Below are positions 32,677-43,439 of a stretch of 64,000 bases of DNA, one piece after another. The stretch's first letter is position 1. Each line of letters starts with the position of its first letter. The notes below the pieces were generated by a model. That model saw only the letters and a program-made list of their open reading frames with translations. It was not told where the DNA came from and searched no databases. The position numbers were made by a program, and so were the translations under genes. The stretch is taken from contig JBLDXI010000033.1 in the NCBI GenBank assembly GCA_047495785.1, forward strand, positions 372,001 through 436,000. The letters are read 5' to 3'. Source of the DNA: Lepidodermella squamata. Its lineage: Eukaryota; Animalia; Gastrotricha.

Positions 32677-33876
32677 TCAAATTGTATCTTCGCCTCTTTT
32701 TTCATTCTCAAATTTATACTCGAATAGGAAAACATTTAAAAGACAGAACGCAATGAGAGTAACCGAACAAGCGATTGTGTCACATAACCTATTCCGGGAA
32801 AGCTTCCATTTTCCAATCACAATCACATTGCTGTTGAACCATTTTGGAAATTTTTTCGCGAAATGGCATGTTATAAAGGCATAAAGAGTGATGAATAAAG
32901 TGAGAAGTTCACATCCACGTGTATAATCCGTTAGCAACATCCTGCCAGGCTTAGCTGGTGTTCTGTTACTTATCTCAACTCGCAGAAACGTCATAGCAAG
33001 AAGAATTGTGATCGCAAAACCTGGCCTCAAAGGCTTTGAGGCGTGGATAGCAATGGAAAGGAATTGGAGGTTGGTCAAAACAGCGCACGGTATTATCAGA
33101 AACCGAATGTAGAAATCCGAACGGCGTTTTAAGATGAAGTAGAAATAAGGATTTAGATCGCCCACAAGCGTCACAAGCTTGGCACCATTTCTGATCACTT
33201 CCCAATTATCCCTAGTGTACGGCCCAAAGCTCCAAATTGTGCCTTTTACGTCTGTTATGACAACATTGTCATAAGCATTGTTGTCCAATCTTAGTATTAC
33301 CCGGCAACTTTGCATGTCGAACGGAAAATTTCGGAGATTAATATTGCAGGATGACTCGAAAATTCCGCTCAGCCGCATGTGAAATGTTACACGTCGCGAG
33401 CGAATATCAACATAAAAAATGGATTGTAAATGAGCCATGGTTGGATCGTTGATGGCATTTTCATGCCTGAATCGTGGTCGCCAGAAAAGACTTGCATTAG
33501 GATAGAAAATTGTCCCGTTTAAGTCGCCCAATTTTTCGCAGGTCACTGACCACAAGAATCGAAATTCGGCGTGCACTTTGAAGGTTTCAGCCACATCATC
33601 GATTCCATAGAACATCCTTGTCATGAAATTTGTTTCTATAGTTGTTCTCGTACAGGAATGATCCAGATAGTCGAATGATTTGCTGATATTACAGTTTGGG
33701 TTCATCACTTCACTTGAAAAATGGTTACACCTCGCGATTAGGTCCAAACTTCGCGCGTTCGATAGATCAAACAATTGCTGGCTGCCATTGATTTCCGATG
33801 CAAGAATTAGGGAAATGAGGATTGGAAACGCATTTTCAGTTGGCTTCAAAATGATTAATAGCGATTTTACAGTCAT
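32677..33876 (-). CDS. Divergent intronless Cys-loop pLGIC subunit, type B
   Basis: Cys-loop CNINLRNFPFDMQSC; M2 KPLRPGFAITILLAMTFLR. Confidence 0.92.
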   Translation of the reverse strand: MTVKSLLIILKPTENAFPILISLILASEINGSQQLFDLSNARSLDLIARCNHFSSEVMNPNCNISKSFDYLDHSCTRTTIETNFMTRMFYGIDDVAETFKVHAEFRFLWSVTCEKLGDLNGTIFYPNASLFWRPRFRHENAINDPTMAHLQSIFYVDIRSRRVTFHMRLSGIFESSCNINLRNFPFDMQSCRVILRLDNNAYDNVVITDVKGTIWSFGPYTRDNWEVIRNGAKLVTLVGDLNPYFYFILKRRSDFYIRFLIIPCAVLTNLQFLSIAIHASKPLRPGFAITILLAMTFLRVEISNRTPAKPGRMLLTDYTRGCELLTLFITLYAFITCHFAKKFPKWFNSNVIVIGKWKLSRNRLCDTIACSVTLIAFCLLNVFLFEYKFENEKRGEDTI

Positions 33877-34083
33877 TATTCAATGTTATAATTATAATTG
33901 CGCAAAGGATGAAGCTGTAATCGCTAGAGGGTATAATGCTACATGGTTAGTTTTGAAAGCCGATAGCCGAGGTCGGATATTGCGAACAAGCAATATTACA
34001 AGAGAGCTAACTACCGCTAGGGATGGTAGGGATCATCCCTACCAGTTCCATCGATCCGTCTCATCTGCGGGTCTGAAATCGAA

Positions 34084-34777
34084 TGGTGCTTTCACAAATG
34101 CGTCCGACGAGCGTCCGACGTTTTCGGCGCCCGAAGTTTCGTAATAGGCTCCCGAAGTAGCGTAATAGTTGTCCGACGTTTAGATTTCCTTTCACAAACG
34201 CGCGCACTTCGGCCCGCGCGCCCGAAGTTTAAACAATAGCGCGTCCGACGCGGCGCGCGCACGCACAACAAAGAACGTCGGATCGGAGGCCCCCAAAACT
34301 ACCGTCCGAAGTGCGTCCGAACCGAAGCTTGTAGCGCGCACTATTATTACACGCACACCAATAAACGTAAGCTCGTGAAAATTAGTTCCAAATATACCAC
34401 AAAAGTTTAAAAGTAAGGCCGGCAAAACCGCGCTCGGCGCGGCAAGAAAAAATTGATGATATGCAAATCATGCGTCTCAATCACATAATTTTTCGATGAA
34501 ATTTAGATGTTTATAATTCGCATCGCATTTCACGTCTGATTACTTAGTTGAATTCAGCTTTAACTGCGAAATGGAAATTTTTCTGCCTGACCCCTGCCAC
34601 TCGCATGCATGCGCGCTCAAGTGCGTGACACCCAGCAACTTCGGCGACTAAACAATAGAGACTTCGGGCGCCCGACCGCGCGCGCGCGTCCGCTCTCCGA
34701 CGTTTGGCTTCACTCTACCAAAGTTTGCGAGTTGCTAGCCGAAGTTTTCACCGTCGGACGCATTTGTGAAAGCACCA
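34084..34777. mobile_element. PIF/Harbinger-type (Tourist-like) MITE
   Basis: TIR tggtgctttcacaaatgcgtccgacg / cgtcggacgcatttgtgaaagcacca; flanks gaa/taa. The uninterrupted homologous site near 29667 has taa, consistent with a TAA target. Confidence 0.75.
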
Positions 34778-34780
34778 TAA

Positions 34781-35568
34781 AGCTGGATTCACTAATGTGC
34801 GACAGTTGCGACAAAATCGCGCGCGAAATTTTTTTTGCGTGGCAATTTTACAAATCCGCGGGGTCCCGTGATAGTCACAGTCGCGCGCGCACAATACAAT
34901 AGCAACGCGCGACAAGTCTAGAGCAGCGCGCCCCGAGTAATAAAAAGAAACATCGTCGGTAACTGTGACATCGTCGGTAGGGTAACCTTCTTCTTTTTTT
35001 TACGCGTCGAATTCGTGAGTTTTATAATACTTTACCCCAGATCTCACGAGATGGCGCAAAATGAGCAGTTTTATGAAAAGTTGTGATTTATTAAAAAAAT
35101 ATCCTCCTAGTAAGTACCTATCTATGTATATCACCGCAATTCTGATGAATTTTAATCGAAGATAAGTATTCGAAATTCCCATCTTTAATTAACCTATTTC
35201 ACGCGTATATTATCTGGAGTCCTCGGCAAAGATCTACTTGCGCACATTTATGTGAGCAAGGGAATAAAATGATGTTTTCTCTTTAGGCGCGCGCGGAAAC
35301 TCAAGATTTTAATTTTTTATATACATCCCTATAACATTAGTCCATTAAATTTCCAAATAACTGCAGACAGAACTGTAGCTTATGTTTGACATGATATAAG
35401 TAGCACCGGTTTGCCGTTGTATTCGCGATCCAAGTATCTTTTTCAAAATTCCGCTAATTTGTCACCTGGCGCAGCTTGATTTCAGGGGGTTAGTGAACAC
35501 AGGCGCGATTGCCGCGTGCAACAGCGTGATTGTCGCGCACGACAAATCGCGCATTAGTGAATCCAGCT
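34781..35568. mobile_element. PIF/Harbinger-type MITE
   Basis: TIR agctggattcactaatg / cattagtgaatccagct with perfect TAA TSD (34778-80, 35569-71); directly abuts the previous MITE. Confidence 0.8.
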
Positions 35569-35907
35569 TAACGCATCGATTGATCGAATCGCGCATTTTC
35601 AGCGAACTACAGCGACAGATGACTGATCTCTTCGGAATCAGATATGAAGGTATAAGTTGGCATCATCATGAGCATCAGAGGATACGTTTTCGGAATTAAT
35701 TCTCTAAAAATTGAAATTTAGCAAATTACCGTGATGTGGGGCGTGGGGTAACTTGGCCGGGAATATGATTTGTTGAACCTCTTACGTCTTCGGTAACTTG
35801 TTTCGCTTTATATTATATACCAAAAACATCTCCATTCAATATTCGATCGATTGGTCAAATCCCGGTCGCCGACCGATAAAAGCAATTGATTGTGAAGGTT
35901 GGATTGG

Positions 35908-38900
35908 CATTATACTGCCGTTTTGCAGGTCGAAGTTCAGTGGCTAAAAATGAGTCGCGCGCCGTGAAACGCAGTGAAATTGAAACTTTTCAATTTTCAG
36001 GGCATTTAGTCACTTCGTCATATCGTCATTTCGTAAATTCTACATCATTTCCATCGTTTTACATCGTTGTTAATTATTTTTTACCTTCAACTTTTACAAC
36101 TTGGCTACAATTTTTCATTCTCATGGCTGCTGCTCCGGGGAAACAGCGGGAACTCGCTGAAGCATCGACCAACACCCCAACTGACACCGAATTCATGGCC
36201 GAGTTCAACCTGCGGCAAATCTTGATACAGTAAATACTTACGGTTTCGCGACTCATGAATTCATGAACTAATTCATGAATTCAAATAAAGTTGTAGTTAA
36301 TACTGGTAACTGGTCTCCCTTACAAGTGCGAAAGCTTCGTCACATGCATTGCTTCATGGCGATGAGCGGCAAGTCAGCAACAGCCCCCGGGTCTGCTTGG
36401 AAAGCCTGGATGTTCGAAAACCCCGACGATGATGACGGCGTGTTCGAACAAGGAAAGGGCCATTCTGCGAAAAATCGCTGAAATTGATAGGGAAATTAGA
36501 AAAGGCTTCTTTATCTTCGACTACTCGACCGACGACTATGAACTACGTTGGGAAAAAGTTGGAAGATGCTTCAAGTGGAATGGTCTCACGAAAATACCGG
36601 AATCTGCCCGCTAGCAAGAAATTTATTATTGAAAATGTGATCATTTTATCAGCCGATTTTTTATTTCAATTTCATGAATCGTTTCATTTCCTTAGTTTTA
36701 ATTTGCTGATCGACAATTTGATCATCGATGGTCATCATTTTACAGTTAATTTTTACTGTCATTTTCTGAATCCTTTTACAGTCAATTCATCACAACATCT
36801 CACAGAATAAAGATTCTCAGGAATTATCACAATGTCATTTTCACATAGAGCTTCCGGTTTTCGTTTTCCATAACTTGCCGCGCTATCGACCTGCTATTCG
36901 ATGTATTGCTGGTGACAAATCGAATATGCTCCTTATTTTTCAGCTCAGTATTCTCGGTTGACAGCGCATATAAATCGAACTCCGTGAGATTTTCATAAAC
37001 ATGAGGACTCAGAGCATTGACCTTGCCGACCGCTTTTTTCCACATCTCCGGGTAACGGCTGACGAGAAGTTTCCGAGAATTCGGCACAGCAAAATTGCTG
37101 TCTTTTGATCTGTTTTTCACGTCTTGGAATACGACATCGGTTATAAGAAATAGTTTTTTCAGGAGGCTTAATCGATGTTCGATCGCTGCAGTCAAGGTGA
37201 CAGCTTCTGGGATGAAAAAGCTTTCCTAAAGAGATGACGAAGTCAACAGATGCTTTGCAAATTTGGTAAATTTGCACTGAAGAACTGAAGAACACTGAAG
37301 AACACCATTTGCTGAAAGAAACGCGAATAGTTTGACGTTTCTTGCCATCAGTTTTTTCCAAGAAACGAGCCAATTTCAACGCGCTAGCTTTTGATCTGAG
37401 GAAGAAGTAGCACTGAAAGACCTGGAAAACCCCATACTCAATAAAACTAATGTTGAGCTTGAGCCATTATAATCTTACCGCCCTAAAGAGGAGCTTCGGA
37501 GCATTGATTTTCATGTGGAAGATGTCCGGAAGGATAATCAGTTTTCGTCGGGCAAGGCGGATAAGAGGAGCAAAAGTTTTAGACCAGCCCCTGTTCCCTC
37601 TCCAAGATCTCCTGTATAGATCGAATCTGTGCTTTTGGAAGTTTCTTAAATTGGCACTATTCTTGCGTCTGAAACGACTCAGGTAGTTGCGCGAAGTAGG
37701 ATAAGAAAACGACTTTGCGGATGATCTTGTCACACTTGACTCGCGGAAATCGCAATCAACGCAACGCGAATCAATTGTTGGGTGGCCACATCCAAATAGT
37801 TTTGTCAAAACAGAGTAGTCGCAACAAGCTATCAGGCGAAATTGAAAATTAGACCCGTCAAGTTGGACACCATCATCAGCGCATCTACTCAAATCGTCAA
37901 GAAATTGAGAGAAATTTAAGCTCAGATTATCGCTTGTTTCTTCGCCTCGATAGAATGCCAGCATGTGCTCATCATACTTTGACAGAAGTTGCTGTTTTCA
38001 CCAGGCAAAGATTCGCCATAACGTTACCGGGGATTAGGCTAGAACGATTGGCCATGCCATCGATTTGTATGCGGATATCTGTAATTTCGCCGGGTAAAAG
38101 CTTGCCGCTGGCATGCCAAAATTTTGCCGAATCGTCAAAGACCTCCTCGGAGATTTATCTAGTTCGGAAAAAGGCGAAGCGAAAACAATCAAATAGTGAC
38201 TAAATCAATAAAGGTTTAGTTGCAAAATTAAATTTACCATTGACATCGCAAATCGGCAGATATTGACCCATTTTTTCCGGGTTGAGGAAATGACTTCTTC
38301 GAAACGTCAGAGAAGCCCAAGTTTATGTTGGAAACCGAGCTTTATCAACCTTAATAACATTAAATTTTTCAAAATGCCAGAATTTTTATGAGAACATACG
38401 CAATCGCCTTAGCTGAAGCCGATATTTTCTCCTTGACAGGATAATGGCTCTCTTCTATTCCGACGCCGATGTTTTCAATGCGCAGAGTGACACTGGCGAT
38501 AACAAACAGCCCCGTCCATAGCTTTACCAAGAATATTTTCATTGAGAGTTTTTATTAAAATGAGCTGATGCTTTTCCGCTCGAGTCCGAACACTTCTTTT
38601 GTTCATCCCAATCATAGTCCCCGATCTGGGACGCGAACTTCTGATCTCGTCATTAATCTCAGCAATATTGATTGGCACCAAATAACTCACGGACATTACC
38701 TATTAATAGGTCAATCAATTATCAAATTATCAAAACTTAAGCGGAAAATCGACGCTTCAAACCTAGCTTGCAATAAAATGCGAAATAATTTCAAAATTAC
38801 AATTGAAAACAACACTTATTTTCAAATTTTTATTTTGTTTTATTTTGTGATGCTCATTGATAAAACTTTATTTATAACACGCTTTTCAATTTTTTTCAAC

Positions 38901-39034
38901 AATAAGCAATAAGTAAAATTTCACTACTATGAAGAAATGAAGAATTGAAGAAATTACGAAATGGCGAAATGACGGAGAAAACAAAACAAAAGCACGCGTG
39001 GTTGAACTTTGACCTGCAAAGCGGCAGTATAATG
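35908..39034 (-). mobile_element. Decayed DNA transposon with RAG1/Transib/Chapaev-like transposase
   Basis: 32-bp TIRs (35908-35939 and 39003-39034, cattatactgccgYtttgcaggtcRaagttca). Minus-strand fragments in RAG1-core order: IQIDGMA (~38060), FRLIACCDY..LFG..CVDC, PDIFHMKIN, HVYE..LYALSTENTELKNK; frameshifts and stops present. Confidence 0.7.
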
Positions 39035-39522
39035 ACTGATCTTGACCAAGCGGGGTAACTTGGCCGAATGGCTATTTCACTTGGCGAGTTTCTTGCAGAA
39101 ACTAGGACGATGATTCATCGCGCCCTCTCATGTCTAGGCCTCATTGTAGTGCGCATTTCGCACGTTAAAAATCGGCCAATTTATCCCACAAAATTCTGGT
39201 AACTATCGCTCGCGACTTCATTTTTCCGAATTCAAGGTGTCATTTGAAATATATCATCGAGAGTCGAGAGGAATCTTTCTGTGAAAACGGCATCTTCACC
39301 CGTATTTCACTGAATTCCTATTTATAAATGCTCTCAGCGTCTAAAATGACCGAGTTGGTACTGACCTTCCTTGTCATTTTATAAACAATTTTCGAATTCG
39401 GTAAAAAGGGAGCTGTAGCTCAGGTGGCAAGAAATGTTCCTGTGGAAAGAATTCGTGAAAAAGGTTTTTCTCGCAGTGAAATCCACCAGAAGGCGACTTT
39501 TACTTTTTAAGTTACAAGTTGT

Positions 39523-39606
39523 GGGCATGTGGGCGAGGCCACAAGTGATCAGAGAAAACGCAGAGCAACGCCACGAAAATAAGGCGAATAAATCGTTGTA
39601 GTTGCT
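39523..39606 (-). pseudogene. Remnant of a D4-type pLGIC (M3 segment)
   Basis: Encodes SNYNDLFALFSWRCSAFSLITCGLAHM, nearly identical to M3 of 29833..30969 (SNYNDLFALFSWGCTAFSLMTCGLAHM). Confidence 0.85.
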
Positions 39607-40676
39607 TCGATTTCGGAGGACGATTTCGGAATTTTGACTGCGACAGTGCGCCAACATTTCAATTTGATGCATTTATGATCGCCCTCTACTGCTACTTCTC
39701 GAATGTGACTACAACCGCTATTGAACTACTACCGCTACAACCGATTGAAACAATCAGACCGCTATCTCACACCGTTTCAAAACTATGGCCGTTTTAGAAT
39801 TGGTAACCGAAGTGTGAAATTTCGATTTTTCGCTCAGCGTATTCATACTTTAGCTTTGCATACAAGCTCAGCTTGTTATAGCCGAAGCCAGCTGAACTTA
39901 TCAAGCTCAGCTTACTAGCGAGCGGGATAAGCTGAGCTGACAAGCTGAGCGTAGTAAAATATAGAGTACGAGAATATTGGTGGAGTTTAACTCTCTGAGC
40001 TTTTACGCTGAGCTGGTTTGTCTCCGATCTTAAGTTCAGCTTTTCAGCTGAGCTTATTAATTACACTATATTACCTAAGCTGACAATCTAAGCTGTGCTG
40101 GTTATTCGGTCGATGACTCGCCGAGAAACCAGTCAGTGTCGCCTCTAACGTTGCTATGGCTAGTCGCTGAATTTCGGTTGCTGTTCAAAACCGCGAATTC
40201 GGAGGGAAAACCGGATCGGCATCGCGACGCCTACCAGCAAGAGATTTCGACGACCTCAATTTTCGCCTAATTTTGTCAAATTTTTGTGTTTGCACGTGAA
40301 ACTTCTTTCAAGTAAAATTGAGGTTTTCGCTGTTTTTGTGACTTTCCTACGATCCTCGGGAAAAGGCGTTATGTGGAGGTTTAGAGTCTAATTCCGAGCT
40401 AAATGCTGCCCAAATTTGTGGCCATTGAGTAATTCTTGGCTACCACTGAGAAATTCATTGTTGCCATAGAGAAATTTTACCATGCGCATGTAGGAATATT
40501 TATAGTTCATCTCATGTATTTACTAAGGCTCCTTACCTGCTCTCTAACATGTTATTCAGCCTACAACCTTTAGGCTTTGCGGGACCATGGCAATTCGGTG
40601 AATACGCGAGTGGAAACAAAGCAACAGTGGAAACAAAGAACTGTATTTTTACAAAATCCATTATTTCCTTATGAAT

Positions 40677-41816
40677 TTATACATAAGATAAGACCATTAG
40701 TACGAAATAGGTAACAGAGACACCATAAGCCAATAGAGCAATGATAAAAGCAGAAATATCCATGGCTCGACCCTTTCTAATAATAAACAGCGAATGCTCG
40801 AACAGACTAGTGGCGTACCATTCTGGATAAGAGTTAGCTAACCCACAAGTAACCAGGGAATAGAATGTTAGAATGCTAGTGATAAATTCACAGCACTTCA
40901 TGAATGCCGACAGCATGACAAATCCTGGTTTTAATGGCAGGTATTGCAAGCAGTCGGCTTCCATGAAAACCAGCGCTAAGAGAATGGTCACTGCTAGAAC
41001 TGGTCGATCCGATAGACGGGGATCCAAGAGTAGAATAACGAATACCATAGATGTCAGAATAACAAACGGTAGAATTATATTCCATATGTAAAACTCGGGT
41101 TTCCTTCGAAATGTGAAGACATACTCGTAAGTCCTTCCATTGCTGACTACAACCGACTTGTTGATGATACGCCAGTTGTCTACGAGTACCCGATGAGTGT
41201 CATATTTTGTTGCCACGTTGTAATTCATTAATTTACAGAAACGTCGCATGGTTGCAATTTGTAGTTTGACAGCGCAAATTTGAGTATCAAACGGGAAAAA
41301 TGAAACATCGAGATTGCAAGTTGAAGTGAGTCTCGCATTGAAGCTCCAATCAAAACGAATGTTCTCATCACGCCTTATTAACACGTTCATTTGCGAGATT
41401 CTCTTATCGCTCATGTGAGCGACGGATGGGTTGAGATGGATAAATTTAGGCCGCCAAAACATAGTGTCAAGAACCGGGAATGAAAAGTTTTGCTTTGGAC
41501 CAAGCTTCGCAATGGCAGGTGGCCAATTGCACGAGCCCTTCCATTGCACTGTAAACTGCAATGATGCAGAGAAACTCTGCAACTGATCGTTGATAGCATC
41601 AATTTTACCAGCAGCGACTCTTAAAATAACCTCGGCAACTGCAGATTTCTTACAGCCTTCTGAGGGATTATAATTAAAGCAGAGTGGGCTCCGAGTCTCT
41701 GGGCCGAGGTTCGAACAGTTAGACAGCAGGCTTAGGGCTCTCTGCTGCAGCAAATCATTCGAAGAGGAGAATGAAGGGTGGAACAAAATGCCTGTTAAAA
41801 CAATACTTACTAGCAT
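40677..41816 (-). CDS. Divergent intronless Cys-loop pLGIC subunit, type A
   Basis: Cys-loop CNLDVSFFPFDTQIC; recent duplicate of 31338..32477. Confidence 0.92.
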   Translation of the reverse strand: MLVSIVLTGILFHPSFSSSNDLLQQRALSLLSNCSNLGPETRSPLCFNYNPSEGCKKSAVAEVILRVAAGKIDAINDQLQSFSASLQFTVQWKGSCNWPPAIAKLGPKQNFSFPVLDTMFWRPKFIHLNPSVAHMSDKRISQMNVLIRRDENIRFDWSFNARLTSTCNLDVSFFPFDTQICAVKLQIATMRRFCKLMNYNVATKYDTHRVLVDNWRIINKSVVVSNGRTYEYVFTFRRKPEFYIWNIILPFVILTSMVFVILLLDPRLSDRPVLAVTILLALVFMEADCLQYLPLKPGFVMLSAFMKCCEFITSILTFYSLVTCGLANSYPEWYATSLFEHSLFIIRKGRAMDISAFIIALLAYGVSVTYFVLMVLSYV

Positions 41817-42007
41817 TTCAGATCACATATAGATCAGACGTAAATCACAAAAACTATTTCATACTAGCTTGGCGTGTTTGCCGACACACGTCGAATTTCC
41901 GACATGCACACGTCGCACACCCCTAGTCACAATTTCAATAAGAAATATGCTTTCCCTATAGTCAAATTGAAGAGAAAACAAATTCAATAATGAGATCGAA
42001 CAGACGG

Positions 42008-43174
42008 TCAAATATTGCAGTATAGAAAAGCATTTAAAAGGCAGAACGCAATCAGTGATGTTGAGCAAGCGATTGCATCACATAACCTATTGCGGGAAAT
42101 CTTCCACATGCCAATCACAATTGCATTTCTGTTGAACCATTTTGGGAATTTTTTCGCAAGATGGCAGGTAAAAAAGGCATAAAGAGTGATGAATAGAGTG
42201 AGAAGTTCACATACACGCGTATAATCTGTTAGCAACATCCTGCCAGGTTTGGCTGGTGTTCTGTTACTTATTTCAACTCGCAAAAACGTCATAGCAAGAA
42301 GAATTGTTATCGCAAAACCTGGCCTCAAAGGCTTTGAAGCGTGGATAGCAATGGAAAGGAATTGGAGGTTGGTCAAAACAGCGCACGGTATTATCAGAAA
42401 CCGAATGTAAAAATCCGGGCGTCGTTGGATTACAAAGTAGAAAAGAGGATTTAGATCGCCCGTAATCGCCTGAAGCTTTGCCCAGCTCCCGACAATATCC
42501 CAATTATCCTTAGTTTTCAACCCACCACTCCAAAGCGTGACTTTGGCATCTGTTATGATCACACTGTCATAACCATCGTTATCCAATCTTAGTTTTATCT
42601 GGCAGCGTTGTGTGTCAAACGGAAAATTCTGGAGCAAAATAGTGCAGGATGACACGAGAATTCCACTCAGCTGCGCATGAAACTTAACATGCCGCGGGCG
42701 AATTTCAACGTAGAAAACGGATCGTAAATGAGCCATGGTTGGATCATCGATGGCATTTTCGTGCCTAAATTGTGGTCGCCAGAATAGACTTGTATTAGGA
42801 TAAAAAAATGTCCCTTCCAAGTCGCCCAATCGTTTGCAGGTCACTGACCACGTGAATCGGAATTCGGCGTGCACTTTGAAGGTTTCAGTCACATCATCGA
42901 TTCCGTAGAATTTCCTTGTCAGTAATCTTGTTTTAATACTTGTTTTCGAGCAGGAATGGTCTGGATATTCGAATGATTTGCTGATATTACAGTTTGGGTT
43001 CATCACCTCAAAGGAAAAATGGTTACACCTCGTGATTAGGTCCAAACTTCGCGCGTTCGATACATCAAACACTTGCTGGCTGCAACTGATCTTCCATACA
43101 AGAATCAAGGAAATTAGGATTGGAAGCGCATGATCAGTTGGCTTCAAAACAATAAAAAGCGATTTTATCGTCAT
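42008..43174 (-). CDS. Divergent intronless Cys-loop pLGIC subunit, type B
   Basis: Cys-loop CTILLQNFPFDTQRC; recent duplicate of 32677..33876. Confidence 0.92.
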   Translation of the reverse strand: MTIKSLFIVLKPTDHALPILISLILVWKISCSQQVFDVSNARSLDLITRCNHFSFEVMNPNCNISKSFEYPDHSCSKTSIKTRLLTRKFYGIDDVTETFKVHAEFRFTWSVTCKRLGDLEGTFFYPNTSLFWRPQFRHENAIDDPTMAHLRSVFYVEIRPRHVKFHAQLSGILVSSCTILLQNFPFDTQRCQIKLRLDNDGYDSVIITDAKVTLWSGGLKTKDNWDIVGSWAKLQAITGDLNPLFYFVIQRRPDFYIRFLIIPCAVLTNLQFLSIAIHASKPLRPGFAITILLAMTFLRVEISNRTPAKPGRMLLTDYTRVCELLTLFITLYAFFTCHLAKKFPKWFNRNAIVIGMWKISRNRLCDAIACSTSLIAFCLLNAFLYCNI

Positions 43175-43439
43175 TATTTAATGTTATAAATAGTGTATAA
43201 AGTAAAGTGTATAGTGTAAAGAATTAAATCTTAGTCGCGAGATGTTATATGCTTAGTTCTGATAGCCGAGAGCCGGGGTCGGATATTGCAAGCAAGCAAT
43301 ATTGCACTGTGCAAGCGGAATCATTGATCGCTACCGGAAAGCCAGTTTCCGAAATTAAGATTTACGATTCGACGTTCCTTACTGCGACACTCTTTCGATT
43401 CTGGGTACATCCCAGTCTAAGGTATCTCTTGCCGAGATT

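Noticed and set aside
36123-36614. RAG2-like gene
   Set aside because: Too short, broken across frames, and no kelch or PHD features are visible; kept only as a possible second ORF of the element.
39850-40100. AGCTCAGCTT/AAGCTGAGCT-rich stretch as a CRISPR-like or regular array
   Set aside because: Spacing and orientation are irregular with no repeat-spacer periodicity; most likely internal repeats of a decayed transposon.
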